Positions 47,807-59,332 are shown, counted from the stretch's first letter. The stretch: 64,000 nt of DNA from Promethearchaeota archaeon (GCA_016839765.1 JAEOTP010000012.1:1-64000), one strand, 5' to 3'. The notes: generated by a model not told the origin, from the letters alone. Made by a program: numbers and translations.

Positions 47807-47875
47807 TTTTTTAAAATTTTTTCTTTAAAGATATAAAATAAAAAGTATGATATAAGATTTTAATTGAATCTAGAT

Positions 47876-48040
47876 TTACTCACTTTTAATTAATTCCCTA
47901 TGTAATTTCCGTTTAATAATCGAAATGAATTCGTTAGTATCTGGAAAAACGTAAGTTATGTCTTCCCCATCATTAATATCAACAGTTATTTCTTTGTAAA
48001 ATTTCCCTTTTACTTTTTCATCCATATCATTTAGAATCAT
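47876..48040 (-). CDS. Possible small hypothetical protein or gene fragment (54 aa)
   Basis: MILNDMDEKVKGKFYKEITVDINDGEDITYVFPDTNEFISIIKRKLHRELIKSE*. Confidence 0.3.
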   Translation of the reverse strand: MILNDMDEKVKGKFYKEITVDINDGEDITYVFPDTNEFISIIKRKLHRELIKSE

Positions 48041-48194
48041 AAATAACAAGAAAAAGAAAGCAGTTCAAAAAATTGCATGATATGCTAATAATATATAGAG
48101 ATTTAATATAAATAGAAATATTAACTAAAGCTTAGCAAACTTGAAATTAAAATAATTTTAGAATTGAATAATAACAAATTGAGTTAAAAAAATA

Positions 48195-49298
48195 ATGTCT
48201 GAGGATATAATAGTTATCGATGCAAATATTCTTAAGAATTTCATGCGGGATGTCTATATTGGTTTAGGAGTTCCCAAAGAAGATGCTAAAATTATTGCTG
48301 ATGTTTTAATTACATCTGATTTAAGAGGAATAGAATCGCATGGAATTCAACGATGTAAAATGTATTATGATAGAATTAAACAAGGAATTTATGAAATAAA
48401 TACCAAAATTGATGTTATAAAGGACGGTCCAACTACGGCTCTTTGGGATGGAAATTGCGGTATGGGACATGTAATTGCTTATAAAGCCATGGAGACTGCA
48501 ATTGAGAAAGCAAAAAAGTATGGTCTTGGGGCTGTTGCAGTAAGAAATTCTACGCATTTTGGAATCGCAGGTTATTATTCCTTAATGGCGATTAATGAAG
48601 GGATGATAGGCTTCACAGTTACTAATGCAAGACCTTCAATTCCTCCTACCTTTGGAGTTGAACCTATGTTAGGAACTAATCCTTTAACAGTTGGAGCACC
48701 AACAGATGAGGATTTTCCTTTTCTTATTGATTGTGCCACGTCTATAATACAACGTGGAAAAGTAGAAGTTTATAGCCGAATAAATAAACCTTTACCAGAA
48801 AATACTGTAATAGATGATAAAGGAGAAATTCTGACTGATCCAAATAAGGTTTTAGAAGAGATGATTCATAGAAAGGCAGCTTTATTGCCTTTAGGGGGAA
48901 AAGGAGAGGACACTGCGGGATATAAAGGATACGGTTATGCAACTGTTGTTGAGCTATTGTCTGCAGCATTGCAAAACGGAATATATCTAAGAGATACACT
49001 TGGAATTGAAGAAAATGGAATAAAGAGACTTAAAGTAGGTCATTTCTTTCTCGCAATAAATATTGATAATTTTGCTGGTTTAGATTCCTTTAAAAAGACT
49101 GCTGGTAATATAATGAGGGGGCTGAGAAGTGCTAAAAAAGATCCTAAAGCTGAAAGAATATATACCGCAGGTGAAAAAGAATATGTTGCAAAGATAGAAA
49201 GGAAAAAGAAAGGAATACCTTTAAATAAAAGTCTTCAAAATGATATCAGAATTATGCAACAAGAGCAAGGGTTAGATCAATACAAATTCCCTTTTTAA
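48195..49298 (+). CDS. Ldh_2 family oxidoreductase (malate/lactate/sulfolactate DH type 2), paralog 1
   Basis: DLRGIESHG, RNSTHFG, LGTNP, DCATS, GYKGYG. Confidence 0.9.
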   Translation: MSEDIIVIDANILKNFMRDVYIGLGVPKEDAKIIADVLITSDLRGIESHGIQRCKMYYDRIKQGIYEINTKIDVIKDGPTTALWDGNCGMGHVIAYKAMETAIEKAKKYGLGAVAVRNSTHFGIAGYYSLMAINEGMIGFTVTNARPSIPPTFGVEPMLGTNPLTVGAPTDEDFPFLIDCATSIIQRGKVEVYSRINKPLPENTVIDDKGEILTDPNKVLEEMIHRKAALLPLGGKGEDTAGYKGYGYATVVELLSAALQNGIYLRDTLGIEENGIKRLKVGHFFLAINIDNFAGLDSFKKTAGNIMRGLRSAKKDPKAERIYTAGEKEYVAKIERKKKGIPLNKSLQNDIRIMQQEQGLDQYKFPF

Positions 49299-49435
49299 AA
49301 TTTTTTTCTTCATACTTTTACAGTTAAACAGTTTTTGAACTTGTCTATTACTAATTCTCACCTTATATTAAATAGGATTTTAATTAAATAGAAAGGAAAT
49401 AAAATAAATTATATCACTCGATCTATGGTGAGAGC

Positions 49436-50578
49436 ATGTATACAACGGAAACTAGTGATCAGCAATCAAAGGTTGATTTCGATGAAATTGTCAATATTAA
49501 ACCATCCATTTTAAAAAACTTCATAAAAGACGTTTTTATTAAATTAGGTGCCCCCAAAAAACATGCAGGAATTGTTTCTGATGTGTTAATCACTTCTGAT
49601 ATAAGAGGTATTGATTCTCATGGTATTCAAAGATTAAAGACTTATTATGAAAGAATCAAGCAGGGTATTTATAATATAAAAACTAAACCAAAATTACTCA
49701 AGGAAACTCCAACTACAGCCGTTATAGATGGAGGATTTGGATTAGGACCTGTAATTGCTTATAAATCAATGAAATTAGCAATTAAAAAAGCTAAAAAGTA
49801 TGGATTGGGAGCTGTAGCAGTCAGGAATTCAACTCATTTTGGAATTGCTGGATATTATTCTCTAATGGCAATAAAAGAAGGAATGATTGGAATTACAACT
49901 ACAAATACAAGACCTATGGTTCCACCTACATTTGGAGTGGAGCCATTATTGGGCACAAACCCTTTAACCATGGGAGCTCCAACAGATGAAAAGTTTCCCT
50001 TTTTAATTGATTGTGCAACATCAATTATTCAGAGAGGTAAGGTAGAGGTATATAACAGATTAAATAAATCACTTCCTAATGGCTTAATAATAACAAAAAA
50101 TGGGAAAACTGAGGATGATCCCAAAGAAGTATTACATGAATTGGATGAAGCTTCAGCTGCATTATTACCTCTGGGTGGAAAAGGCGAAAGTACTTCAGGG
50201 CATAAAGGGTATGGCTATGCAACTTTTGTAGAAATATTATCTTCAGCATTACAAGAGGGTATATTTTTAAAAAATACTGCTGGGATTTATGAAAATGGTC
50301 AAAAGAGGCTACCAGTGGGCCATTTCTTCTTAGCTATTAACCTTGAAAACTTTATGGGAATAAATTCTTTTAAAAATACAACTGGAAAGATCATGAGGAG
50401 TTTAAGGAGTTCTAAAAAAGAACCTGGAGTCGAGAAGATTTATACAGGAGGAGAAAAAGAATATATCAATGAAATTGAAAGAAAAAAAACAGGAATTCCT
50501 TTAAATAAAAGTATTCAACAAGATATTAAGCTTATTCAAAAGGAATTAGAATTAGAAAAATATGTTTTTAATTTTTAA
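49436..50578 (+). CDS. Ldh_2 family oxidoreductase, paralog 2
   Basis: DIRGIDSHG, RNSTHFG, LGTNP, GHKGYG. Confidence 0.9.
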   Translation: MYTTETSDQQSKVDFDEIVNIKPSILKNFIKDVFIKLGAPKKHAGIVSDVLITSDIRGIDSHGIQRLKTYYERIKQGIYNIKTKPKLLKETPTTAVIDGGFGLGPVIAYKSMKLAIKKAKKYGLGAVAVRNSTHFGIAGYYSLMAIKEGMIGITTTNTRPMVPPTFGVEPLLGTNPLTMGAPTDEKFPFLIDCATSIIQRGKVEVYNRLNKSLPNGLIITKNGKTEDDPKEVLHELDEASAALLPLGGKGESTSGHKGYGYATFVEILSSALQEGIFLKNTAGIYENGQKRLPVGHFFLAINLENFMGINSFKNTTGKIMRSLRSSKKEPGVEKIYTGGEKEYINEIERKKTGIPLNKSIQQDIKLIQKELELEKYVFNF

Positions 50579-52016
50579 ATAATATTCCATCTGTTCGCTC
50601 TTTTAATGGCTCTGAATGAAAGATAATTTGATTTAATCCTTCAATATCAAGCTCTTCAATAACTTTTTGCTCTAATCCAGTAATAATATCATGAACATGT
50701 GAAATGTTTAGATTGTCATCGAAAAAAATATGCAATTCAAGAACACAGAAATCAATGGTTGACCATAACTCTAATCCATGATATCCTTTGACTTCTGGAT
50801 GGGTTCTGAGGATTTTTTCAATTCTTTCTTCAATAGAATTCAATTCGTCCTGATTAAATCTTTTACATGATAATTGTTTCGGTGATAATTTTTCAGTCAA
50901 TGCTCCTGATTCAATATGGGTAATTATTCTAGAAATACGGGGTTCTTCTTTCTTCAATTCCTGTTCAAAATTATTACTTATATCATGAGCTCTCTTAAGC
51001 GATAAATTTTCATTAACTACTATTGATATTGAAAGAAAATACTCATTTTCGATTCTGAACACAGTCATATCTTTGAATTTGAGAATTTCATGAAATTCTG
51101 ATTTCATAGAATGGAGTAAATTAATGATTTTATCCCCAATAGATATTTCTCCACTAAGAGGATTCATCTCTATAATACTTTCAACCTTATAAGGAGGGAA
51201 ATACGATTTAGACATTGAGGAAATTGCTTTAGTAATTTCATTGGCATGTATTATCGAAATATGATCTTCAACAGAAAGCCGTACATCTATAAAGAGTTCA
51301 TCTCCACTTGCTCTAATTTTTATGTCGTCAACAGCATTAACATGTTCTAAGTGAAATATTTTTTGCTTGATCTCTTCTATGATATACGGACTAATAGGGT
51401 TTACATCAGCTAAATTTGTTATACCTTTTTTTAATAGAAAAGCTGAGCTAAAAATAATCCAAATTGAAAGAATTATACTAAAAAATGGATCTAAAAAGTT
51501 AATATTAAAAAAAATAACTAAAACAAAACTTACCAAAACTATTATTGCTCGCAAAGAATCTTGAAATAAATTTAATCCTTGTACTTGCAGTGATAAGCTT
51601 TTTCTTTTTTTTCCTTGCGAAATTAAAATTCTAGAGAATACTATATTTATAAGGAAAGAAATTATGAGAATTTGAAAACCTAAGTTTGGATTAGAGACAA
51701 TATATGATTGTCTAATTATAACTTGAATTGTATTTAAAATCAAGAAAAAGTATGTGGTTATAAGAAAGACTCCTTGAATCATTGCTCCAATTGAATCCAT
51801 CTTAGAATGTCCATACATATGTTCAAAATCTGGAGGACGCTGACTGATATATATAGAAAAAATAGTTAAAAATACAAATACAATATCTGATAAAGTATCC
51901 ACTGTTTCAGACAAAAAACTTAAACTTCCAGTAATTATAACTCCAAATAATTTTAAACCAGATTGGAGTAAGATTACTATAAAGGCACTAATTCCAAATT
52001 TGAGTTTAATATTCAT
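50568..52016 (-). CDS. Cation diffusion facilitator with three C-terminal dimerisation domains
   Basis: PPDFEHMYGHSK; three repeated AH/VHxIxxxxE-type cytosolic domains. Confidence 0.88.
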   Translation of the reverse strand: MNIKLKFGISAFIVILLQSGLKLFGVIITGSLSFLSETVDTLSDIVFVFLTIFSIYISQRPPDFEHMYGHSKMDSIGAMIQGVFLITTYFFLILNTIQVIIRQSYIVSNPNLGFQILIISFLINIVFSRILISQGKKRKSLSLQVQGLNLFQDSLRAIIVLVSFVLVIFFNINFLDPFFSIILSIWIIFSSAFLLKKGITNLADVNPISPYIIEEIKQKIFHLEHVNAVDDIKIRASGDELFIDVRLSVEDHISIIHANEITKAISSMSKSYFPPYKVESIIEMNPLSGEISIGDKIINLLHSMKSEFHEILKFKDMTVFRIENEYFLSISIVVNENLSLKRAHDISNNFEQELKKEEPRISRIITHIESGALTEKLSPKQLSCKRFNQDELNSIEERIEKILRTHPEVKGYHGLELWSTIDFCVLELHIFFDDNLNISHVHDIITGLEQKVIEELDIEGLNQIIFHSEPLKERTDGILFKN

Positions 52017-52143
52017 TTTAGAAAAGACTTACAAAAAACAACACGATTAAAAAGTTTGAATTAAGAGTATAAGTTAAATTTTGCTAAAAAATATTAAAAA
52101 ATAGAGTGGTTGATTTAAGAATATTAGATATTCACTTTATTCG

Positions 52144-53376
52144 TTATAAATGCCTTGGCACCTTAATTTCGAGATTAGTGATTGGATACGAAGCACATGG
52201 ATGGAAATAATTAAACTTTTTATCTGCTGATCTTCTCCAATCTGAAAATGGACTTACGTATATATCGCCTGAAATAAGTAGTGATCGACAGAACCCACAT
52301 TCACCTGAGCGACATTTTGAAGGAGGAGATAAATTTGCTCTTTCCATAGCAACCAAAATTGATTCAGATGATAACGCAGGTATTTCTTTCATTAAATTTC
52401 CAATTCGAACTTTAATTTTAAAACTTTTTTCAGCAAGTTCTTTTGGAAATCCAGGAAGGGAAATTACATCCTTAATTTCTCCGAAGGCCTCCCTACGAAT
52501 TCTTTTATGAGGTAGATGAAGTTTTTCCATTTCTTTTTCGACAAAATCATACATAATCTGAGGTCCACAGATAAAAAATGAACTATTTCTCGCTTCACAA
52601 TACTTTTCGATAATATCAGTAGTAATAAATCCTTGTTCACATCCCTCTAATGTAATTTCCTCACAGCTTAAAATATAAACTACTTTAAATTTATCTGGAT
52701 AATTTTTCTCAAGCTCTTTAAATTCTTCATAATAAACAATATCGTCTTCTTCACTGCTTCCATATAATAAAATTAGTCTAGCATCTATAAGTTCTTCTAC
52801 GATTGCTTTTGCTATCGAGCGGAACGGTGTGATTCCAGAACCTCCAGCAATCCCCACTATATTCTTTAAATCTCGAAGTGGTTCATAATAAAAAAATCCT
52901 TCTGGTCCAGAACTTTCAACTTTAGCTCCAACTTTCCAATGATCCCATATATAATGGGTTAAAAAACCTTCCTCTTCTCTTCTAATAGTGAGCTCATAAA
53001 AACCATTTAAAGCATCTTTAGGAGAAGAAGCGAGAGAATATGGTCTTGTGATTTCTACCCCATTAACTTTAACTTTTACACTTAGATATTGCCCCGGTCT
53101 AAAATAAGTTAATTCTTTAGTCATCGAATTAGGGTCTTGTATTAGTTTAAAAGTCTTTGTTGATTTTGTTTCTTCTTTAATTTCACATATTTTTAAATAT
53201 TGACGTTCTGGATGAAGTTTTCTAGCAATATTGTTTATTGGATCCGATGTAATTGGTTCAGCTGAAGCTTTTTCTATTCTTTTCTTTTTTTGAGGCACTA
53301 ATTTTGTAAAAGCAAATAAATCTTTAGTATTCGATTTTATTGTAATAATAAATCGCTCATCATCTTTTTTACTCAT
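52144..53376 (-). CDS. FAD/NAD-binding oxidoreductase with a C-terminal [2Fe-2S] ferredoxin
   Basis: RPYSLAS, AGGSGITP, FICGP, CRSGECGFC..C. Confidence 0.9.
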   Translation of the reverse strand: MSKKDDERFIITIKSNTKDLFAFTKLVPQKKKRIEKASAEPITSDPINNIARKLHPERQYLKICEIKEETKSTKTFKLIQDPNSMTKELTYFRPGQYLSVKVKVNGVEITRPYSLASSPKDALNGFYELTIRREEEGFLTHYIWDHWKVGAKVESSGPEGFFYYEPLRDLKNIVGIAGGSGITPFRSIAKAIVEELIDARLILLYGSSEEDDIVYYEEFKELEKNYPDKFKVVYILSCEEITLEGCEQGFITTDIIEKYCEARNSSFFICGPQIMYDFVEKEMEKLHLPHKRIRREAFGEIKDVISLPGFPKELAEKSFKIKVRIGNLMKEIPALSSESILVAMERANLSPPSKCRSGECGFCRSLLISGDIYVSPFSDWRRSADKKFNYFHPCASYPITNLEIKVPRHL

Positions 53377-54943
53377 TTACCCTCACCTTCTTTAATTAAT
53401 TCTTGTAATGTAAGAAGCGCAGATGTATATCCATCAGAGATGGTGCTTCCATACCCGTGAGCCCGTCTGCCAAATCCTCCCGCAAACTCAAGTCCTTTAA
53501 TATAATTATCCTGCCCCATCATCATCAATCTTGGTACTAATGAATCCCAAGATTCTGGTTCATAACCATATATAATTCCATTATAAGTTCTTGTAAATCT
53601 TGCAAAAGTAGCTGGAGTTGCAACTTCTATCTCTTCAATATGTTCCCTAATCGGCGCTCCAGTTGCTTCTTCAAACTGGATTATTAGCTCTTCAGCAATT
53701 TTGTTTTTAATGTCAACATACTGTTCTGGTTTGACATCCTTCCATATTTCAGGTTTAAAAAGAGTAGTAATATATATAATACAAGTGCCTGGAGGTGAAC
53801 ATTCTGGATTTGGTACATTAAGTACAACAGCAGCTTGACCTCCTGGTGATTGTAACTTACTCCAAGAATTATATATTTCTTCAGTATTCATATTTTTCAT
53901 GATAAAATAACCATATTCTTTTAAACCTAATTCTTCAGCTGTTGCATCAAGGCCTAAATAAACACAAAAACCCGTTAATCCATGTATTCGAGCATTTACT
54001 TCCTTATAGGCAATTTCTGGAACTTCTGATTTAGGGTAAATTAATTTATTATAGGTCAATGTTGGAGAGGCATTACAAATTACATGATTTGTTTTAATTT
54101 TATCTCCTCTTGAGGTTTCGACTCCGACTACTTTACCGTTTTCTACTAAGATTTTCTCGACTCTAGTATTATATTCAATATTACCTCCAAGTTCTCTTAT
54201 TTTAACGTCAAAACAGTAGTATATTCATGAGATCGGTTTTTCAATATGTATGCTCCATATTCCATGTAACCAAGAACCATAGAAGCAAAAATAGTAAAAT
54301 TAACTCGATCTATGGGAAGTCCTATATAAGACCAATATGCATTAAGAATTTTACGAGCATCCTCGGGTATGTTTAACGCATCTTCGACTTCTTTTGTACT
54401 ATAAGCTGCGGTCTTAAGAAAGTTTGGATATTCTTTCATTAAAACCCCTTGATCTGGATTTCCTCTTGTTGCTCCAAAATATCTAAAAGCATCACGAATT
54501 TCTTTTGCTATATCGAAAAGTTTTGTTACTGAATCTCTGCTACCAGGAAACTGTTTTTCAATTGCTTCAATAAAATTTTCTACCCCAAATGGCATAGTTA
54601 CATCTAATTTTTCAGATGGATCGGTTAAAATAAGTCTATAAGCTTCGGGGACTGCTACAAATTCAACATCTAAGCCAAATCTGTCCTCGAATAATTTTCT
54701 AACACTTCCTCTATTCGATGGGGGACCAATGCTCGCGAATTCATGAAGAGATGTTTCAAACTCAAACCGTCCTCTCACAAAACTTGAAGCAAAACCTCCA
54801 GGTAAATTATGTTGTTCAAATAAAATTATCTTCTTTCCATTTAACGCTAATTGTGTTGCTGCCGCCAATCCACCATTTCCTGCTCCAATTACTACCACAT
54901 TATAAGTATCAATTATTATTTGTTCTTTTTCTTGAGTATTCAT
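53373..54943 (-). pseudogene. Phytoene dehydrogenase/retinol saturase-like FAD oxidoreductase, split by a 1-nt frameshift near 54212
   Basis: GAGNGGL..EQHNLPGG; the alternate frame FDVKIRELGGNIEYNTRVEKILVENGKVVGV..CNASPTLTY joins 53373..54059. Confidence 0.85.
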
Positions 54944-55061
54944 TCTAATAAACCCCTAATTAAGATTTATTTTTGAAAATTACTTCATTTAATCTTTTGA
55001 ATAATTAATATCTTTTTTTTAATAAAAGTAAAATTTAGATTTTTAAACAGTTCTTTTAACA

Positions 55062-55958
55062 TTACTTTTTGGCTGGAGAAGCATAACAATAATCACAATT
55101 ATGCTTACATCTAAATTTTCCCGTATATCCTCCAATATCTTTTGATTTAAAGCATCCACAACTTTTACGTTGCCCAGAGTCTCTGATTTTTGGAATGGGT
55201 TCACCAATAATTTTTTCGATTTTATAAGCATCAATACAATGTGCTTGTTCAATTCCTTTAATATCGAGTAGATCGGGTTGACAGCATGCTTTCATTGTAA
55301 TATTATACTTTTCACAGATTTTTTTTAATTTATTTAATATTTCTTTTTTCTTATTAATTGGGGGATCAATTGGAATAAACCCTCTTGAGATCATACGGTG
55401 TTTTACTTTTGAATAAATGGTTGCAAATGAAAAAATCATCTCTGTTAACCCTAAAGAAGAAATCTTCTCAATAATATAATTAAATTTACCTAAATTACTG
55501 GTTATAGAATTTGAATTTTTTTTCTTGTAAAATATTATTGGATCAAACCTGAAATTCACTGATAAAATTCCAAAATTTTCGATTAACCACTCCATCTGCT
55601 TAAATCTTTCTCCTAAAGAAATATTAATATTACCTTCTAATTCGGATGGTGAATTAATTGTAAATTGGAAATAATGCCCTTTGTATAAATCAAAAAGTGC
55701 TTGGCCTGAATGGTATGCCTTAATCCATTCTTTAAAGTTTTTGCTCCACCAACACCAACATTTAACATCCTTAGGATCCAATGATACTCGATATATCTGA
55801 CTTCTATTGAAAGGATTGGTTACATCAACGTAACCTGTTTTTATTTTTTCAATAACCCATTCCATCAAAAATGCAGGAATATCTGTTCTTCTTGAGCATG
55901 ATATAATTGGAGATATAACAATAGGGGGGTCCTTCTTTTTTTGTTTCAAATTATTCAT
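55062..55958 (-). CDS. DUF1848 family protein
   Basis: IISCSRRTDIPAF, WSKN, RFDPI, GQRKSCGC..DIG.Y..CKHNCDYCYA. Confidence 0.88.
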   Translation of the reverse strand: MNNLKQKKKDPPIVISPIISCSRRTDIPAFLMEWVIEKIKTGYVDVTNPFNRSQIYRVSLDPKDVKCWCWWSKNFKEWIKAYHSGQALFDLYKGHYFQFTINSPSELEGNINISLGERFKQMEWLIENFGILSVNFRFDPIIFYKKKNSNSITSNLGKFNYIIEKISSLGLTEMIFSFATIYSKVKHRMISRGFIPIDPPINKKKEILNKLKKICEKYNITMKACCQPDLLDIKGIEQAHCIDAYKIEKIIGEPIPKIRDSGQRKSCGCFKSKDIGGYTGKFRCKHNCDYCYASPAKK

Positions 55959-55962
55959 TCTT

Positions 55963-57564
55963 TCACATATTTGACAAGTAAATATTCAAAGCTTTTATGA
56001 ATATTTGTTTTTCATTTTCTTTATTAATTTTCTGCTTATATTCTTCTTTTTCAAGCTGATCATAAATCATTAAATGAGGATTAATAAAAGCAGTTCCCCT
56101 CTTAACCATTTCACGAAATTTTTCCCTAAAATCGGCACTTAAGAAAAAGGGAAAAATCCCAGGACTATGCTCAGCTTTATGTTTCACATTAAATTTTTCT
56201 TTAAGCGTTAATATCACCTCATAAACAGTTTGACCAATTGTGGTTAAGTTTTTCTCATTGCCTTTATAAAAATATTCAATGGGGACTGGTAAACGCATAT
56301 GTAATAATAATCCTTGGCCTTTTCGAAAATTTATATGTCCATATCCAAAAATTACTTTATGGAACCCATGTTTAATAAAAATGTTATTTATTGTTTCTAT
56401 TACTTCCGGCAAATTCTTTGGCTCACTTAAAATGTCTTCAAAACTGGGAAATGCGATGTAATCAGAACTAGTATCTGATGTCTGGACTAATAAAGCAAAT
56501 GCTGATCTTTCTTGAAGATATTCTTGAAATTCTTCTTCAGTTAATATTTTCCAAGAACATCTCGTTTCCTTATTCATGATTCTTAGAAATTCATCAACTT
56601 CACTTGAAGTTCCTTTTATAATGGCAGCCCATTTAGTTTTTATATCCTCTTTACTTGAAATAATCAACTCATTAAATTTACCAGGAAGTTTCTCATTTGA
56701 AATGACAAATTCACTAATTAAGGGAAAGATTTTAAAATCTAAAACTGATTGAAGACCATTGAATGCTAATTCTATGTTATGCCCATACATAATTGCTCGT
56801 TTTAAGTCTGTTAGAGGTTTATATAATTTAAATATGGCACTTAGGACTACTCCAAAAAAACCATTACCACCAATAATTCTTTTAAAAAGGGAATTATGAT
56901 GATTAATGTTAAGAATAGTTCCATTAGGTTTCATGATACGCATGCTTTCAACCCAATTTTCTACTGAACCTAACTTACCTGATGTGACTCCACTTGCATT
57001 TGAAGAAATAAGCCCCCCTATTCTCACTGGCAGCTTTAAAGCACTTGCAGGTTGTATCGGGAAGATATATTTTCCATTGCTTAAAAATTGAACTGTTTTA
57101 ATCAAATCTGAAATTAGTGCGCTTTGTTCTACACTTATTTGCTCTTTTTTAAAATTTATCTGAAATGGTTCATTAAACGAATGAAGATCAGCAAGATCCA
57201 CTACAATTCCAAAATTTGAATACCCTCCTGATAATCCTGTTTTTCCTCCTGCAAATGTAATTGGAATTTTACATTCTTGCGAATAAACAATTATCTTTTT
57301 CAACTGATCTTCAGTTATGGGTCGAAAAAGGACATATGGAGATATATGCAAATGGGAAGGATCACGAATACTACCTGATTGAATTCGATTTCCAATAAGC
57401 ATTACATTTCCAGATAAAAATAGCTGCTTAAATTTATCTATATCTGATATTTGAGAAAAACTAAGAGATTCTTTTTTTATAAACCCTTCTTCTTCCATTT
57501 TCGATAAGAAGATATCCCATGGTAATTCTCTTTGAAGGTTTTTAATAATATTTTCCAATCCCAT
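55963..57564 (-). CDS. FAD-binding oxidoreductase (GlcD / D-lactate dehydrogenase-like)
   Basis: GGKTGLSGG, IGGLISSNASG, GNGFFGVV, AEH. Confidence 0.8.
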   Translation of the reverse strand: MGLENIIKNLQRELPWDIFLSKMEEEGFIKKESLSFSQISDIDKFKQLFLSGNVMLIGNRIQSGSIRDPSHLHISPYVLFRPITEDQLKKIIVYSQECKIPITFAGGKTGLSGGYSNFGIVVDLADLHSFNEPFQINFKKEQISVEQSALISDLIKTVQFLSNGKYIFPIQPASALKLPVRIGGLISSNASGVTSGKLGSVENWVESMRIMKPNGTILNINHHNSLFKRIIGGNGFFGVVLSAIFKLYKPLTDLKRAIMYGHNIELAFNGLQSVLDFKIFPLISEFVISNEKLPGKFNELIISSKEDIKTKWAAIIKGTSSEVDEFLRIMNKETRCSWKILTEEEFQEYLQERSAFALLVQTSDTSSDYIAFPSFEDILSEPKNLPEVIETINNIFIKHGFHKVIFGYGHINFRKGQGLLLHMRLPVPIEYFYKGNEKNLTTIGQTVYEVILTLKEKFNVKHKAEHSPGIFPFFLSADFREKFREMVKRGTAFINPHLMIYDQLEKEEYKQKINKENEKQIFIKALNIYLSNM

Positions 57565-57620
57565 TCTTTATCATAATTATCTCGTTAAATATTTGAATTT
57601 TGCTCTTTTGAATGATACTC

Positions 57621-58514
57621 TCAAATTTCTTTTTTTATGTCATCCATTTGTGCTTGTCGTTTTCCTAGGATAAATGAACTTAATATAATTAAAATAATGG
57701 CTACAGTAAAAAATACAACTGATAAGATACTTGGTGGAGGTAATAAAAACACTAAGAAGTATACAATTGATGGTGTACTTTGAGTAGGTGTATTCTGTAT
57801 TGGAACTAATTTACTTGCATCTCCATACCTTAATGAAGCAGCCATTTTCGTAATTCCAAATATATTTACTAAGATTAATACAATTGAAGATATTATAAAG
57901 AGAATTATTTGTGCAATATTAAATATACCGCTAAAAATGTGAGCGATTACTCCGATTAAAACTCCAGTCCAGAAATTAGATAATGAAAACATGAAACCTG
58001 ATAATAGTGCCAATAAAATACCCCTGAATCTTTCAGATTTTTTTTGCATGAGTTGAAGCAGGAATCCCAATACGGTTAAAACAGAAGTATAAATTGTCAT
58101 TCTAATTATAAATTGAGTCTCAAATAAATTAAATTCAGAAAGTTCAATTGATAATTCACTAAATCCAAGTGAAGTAATGGCTATAATCATCATTAAAATT
58201 GCTATTATTTCTATTACTGTTAACTTCTCCCCGATTATTTTCACAGAACCTATTGCTAATACAATTAAACCACATGCCATTAAACCAGGAATTATAGCTG
58301 GCCCAATGAATATTTGAGCTACCATAAAAAAAGCTGAACCTAATCCGAAACGAATAAATAATGCAAATATCCATAAAGGAGTTCTAACTAAACTTTTCAT
58401 TAATTTCACATCAGGCGGTAATTTGTTTATTATCATCTTTTCAATTAACATCCCTGAGAAATGTGAAAGTCCAGATAATATTGCTAATAAAACACCTAAC
58501 CAATATGTCTCCAC
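57621..58514 (-). CDS. DMT-superfamily membrane protein
   Basis: About nine TMs; internal repeat; GEK motif. Confidence 0.65.
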   Translation of the reverse strand: METYWLGVLLAILSGLSHFSGMLIEKMIINKLPPDVKLMKSLVRTPLWIFALFIRFGLGSAFFMVAQIFIGPAIIPGLMACGLIVLAIGSVKIIGEKLTVIEIIAILMMIIAITSLGFSELSIELSEFNLFETQFIIRMTIYTSVLTVLGFLLQLMQKKSERFRGILLALLSGFMFSLSNFWTGVLIGVIAHIFSGIFNIAQIILFIISSIVLILVNIFGITKMAASLRYGDASKLVPIQNTPTQSTPSIVYFLVFLLPPPSILSVVFFTVAIILIILSSFILGKRQAQMDDIKKEI

Positions 58515-58623
58515 TTTAAAACACCATTAAATTCGAGATAAAAAAATTTAAAATTATAATATATTATCTTTTTATCCAAATTTAAGAATTAAATCTGTTA
58601 AAAAAAACCAAATAAAAAAAAAG

Positions 58624-58740
58624 TTAAATTTTGTCCCAAGCGGCATGAACTTTTTTTCCTGTCATTTCAATCACAGGACCCATGCCATCCTTATCAGCTA
58701 GATTAGCTTCGACTGCTACTTTCATAATCGAAGTATGGGA
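58624..58740 (-). pseudogene. C-terminal relic of a DUF302 paralog
   Basis: SHTSIMKVAVEANLADKDGMGPVIEMTGKKVHAAWDKI* versus neighbour SHASIMKIAPEAGLAPADKMKPVIEMTGKAVHAAWIRF*. Confidence 0.8.
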
Positions 58741-58896
58741 ACTTTATGTTCCTCTATAATTATTCTCAATATATCTCTTTCAAGAACTCGTTTACTATTC
58801 ATAATAAGATTATTAAGTCTTTCTTATTAATTAGTTTAGAATATGATATCGCTTTATTTGCATTACTAAAAATTTTTAATTAAAAAAAAGAAAAAG

Positions 58897-59298
58897 TTAA
58901 AACCTAATCCAAGCTGCATGAACTGCTTTACCAGTCATTTCTATGACGGGTTTCATTTTATCAGCAGGAGCCAATCCAGCTTCAGGGGCTATTTTCATAA
59001 TTGAAGCATGACTTACATATACTTTTCCCGTTTCTTCATAGACTACAAAACTGCAAGGGAATAACAAACCAACATTTTTTGATACATCTAGTGCTCCTTT
59101 AGCAAATTCAGGGCCACAAGCTAGTATTATAGTATATCTGTCGTAATCTATTCCTAACTTCTTCTTAAATATCTCATCTATAGATTTTGTTAGCATATGA
59201 CTAAAGCCTTCTTCAACAATAATTTTTTCAACACGCTCTACTGCTTTATCAAAATCCATATTTAATTCTTTTTTCAATATATCAACCATTTCTTCCAC
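58897..59298 (-). CDS. DUF302 domain protein
   Basis: YTIILACGPEFA..VGLLFPCSFVVYE. Confidence 0.88.
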   Translation of the reverse strand: MEEMVDILKKELNMDFDKAVERVEKIIVEEGFSHMLTKSIDEIFKKKLGIDYDRYTIILACGPEFAKGALDVSKNVGLLFPCSFVVYEETGKVYVSHASIMKIAPEAGLAPADKMKPVIEMTGKAVHAAWIRF

Positions 59299-59332
59299 TC
59301 TTTTGATTAAGTAAATTTTAGATTAAAAAAGT

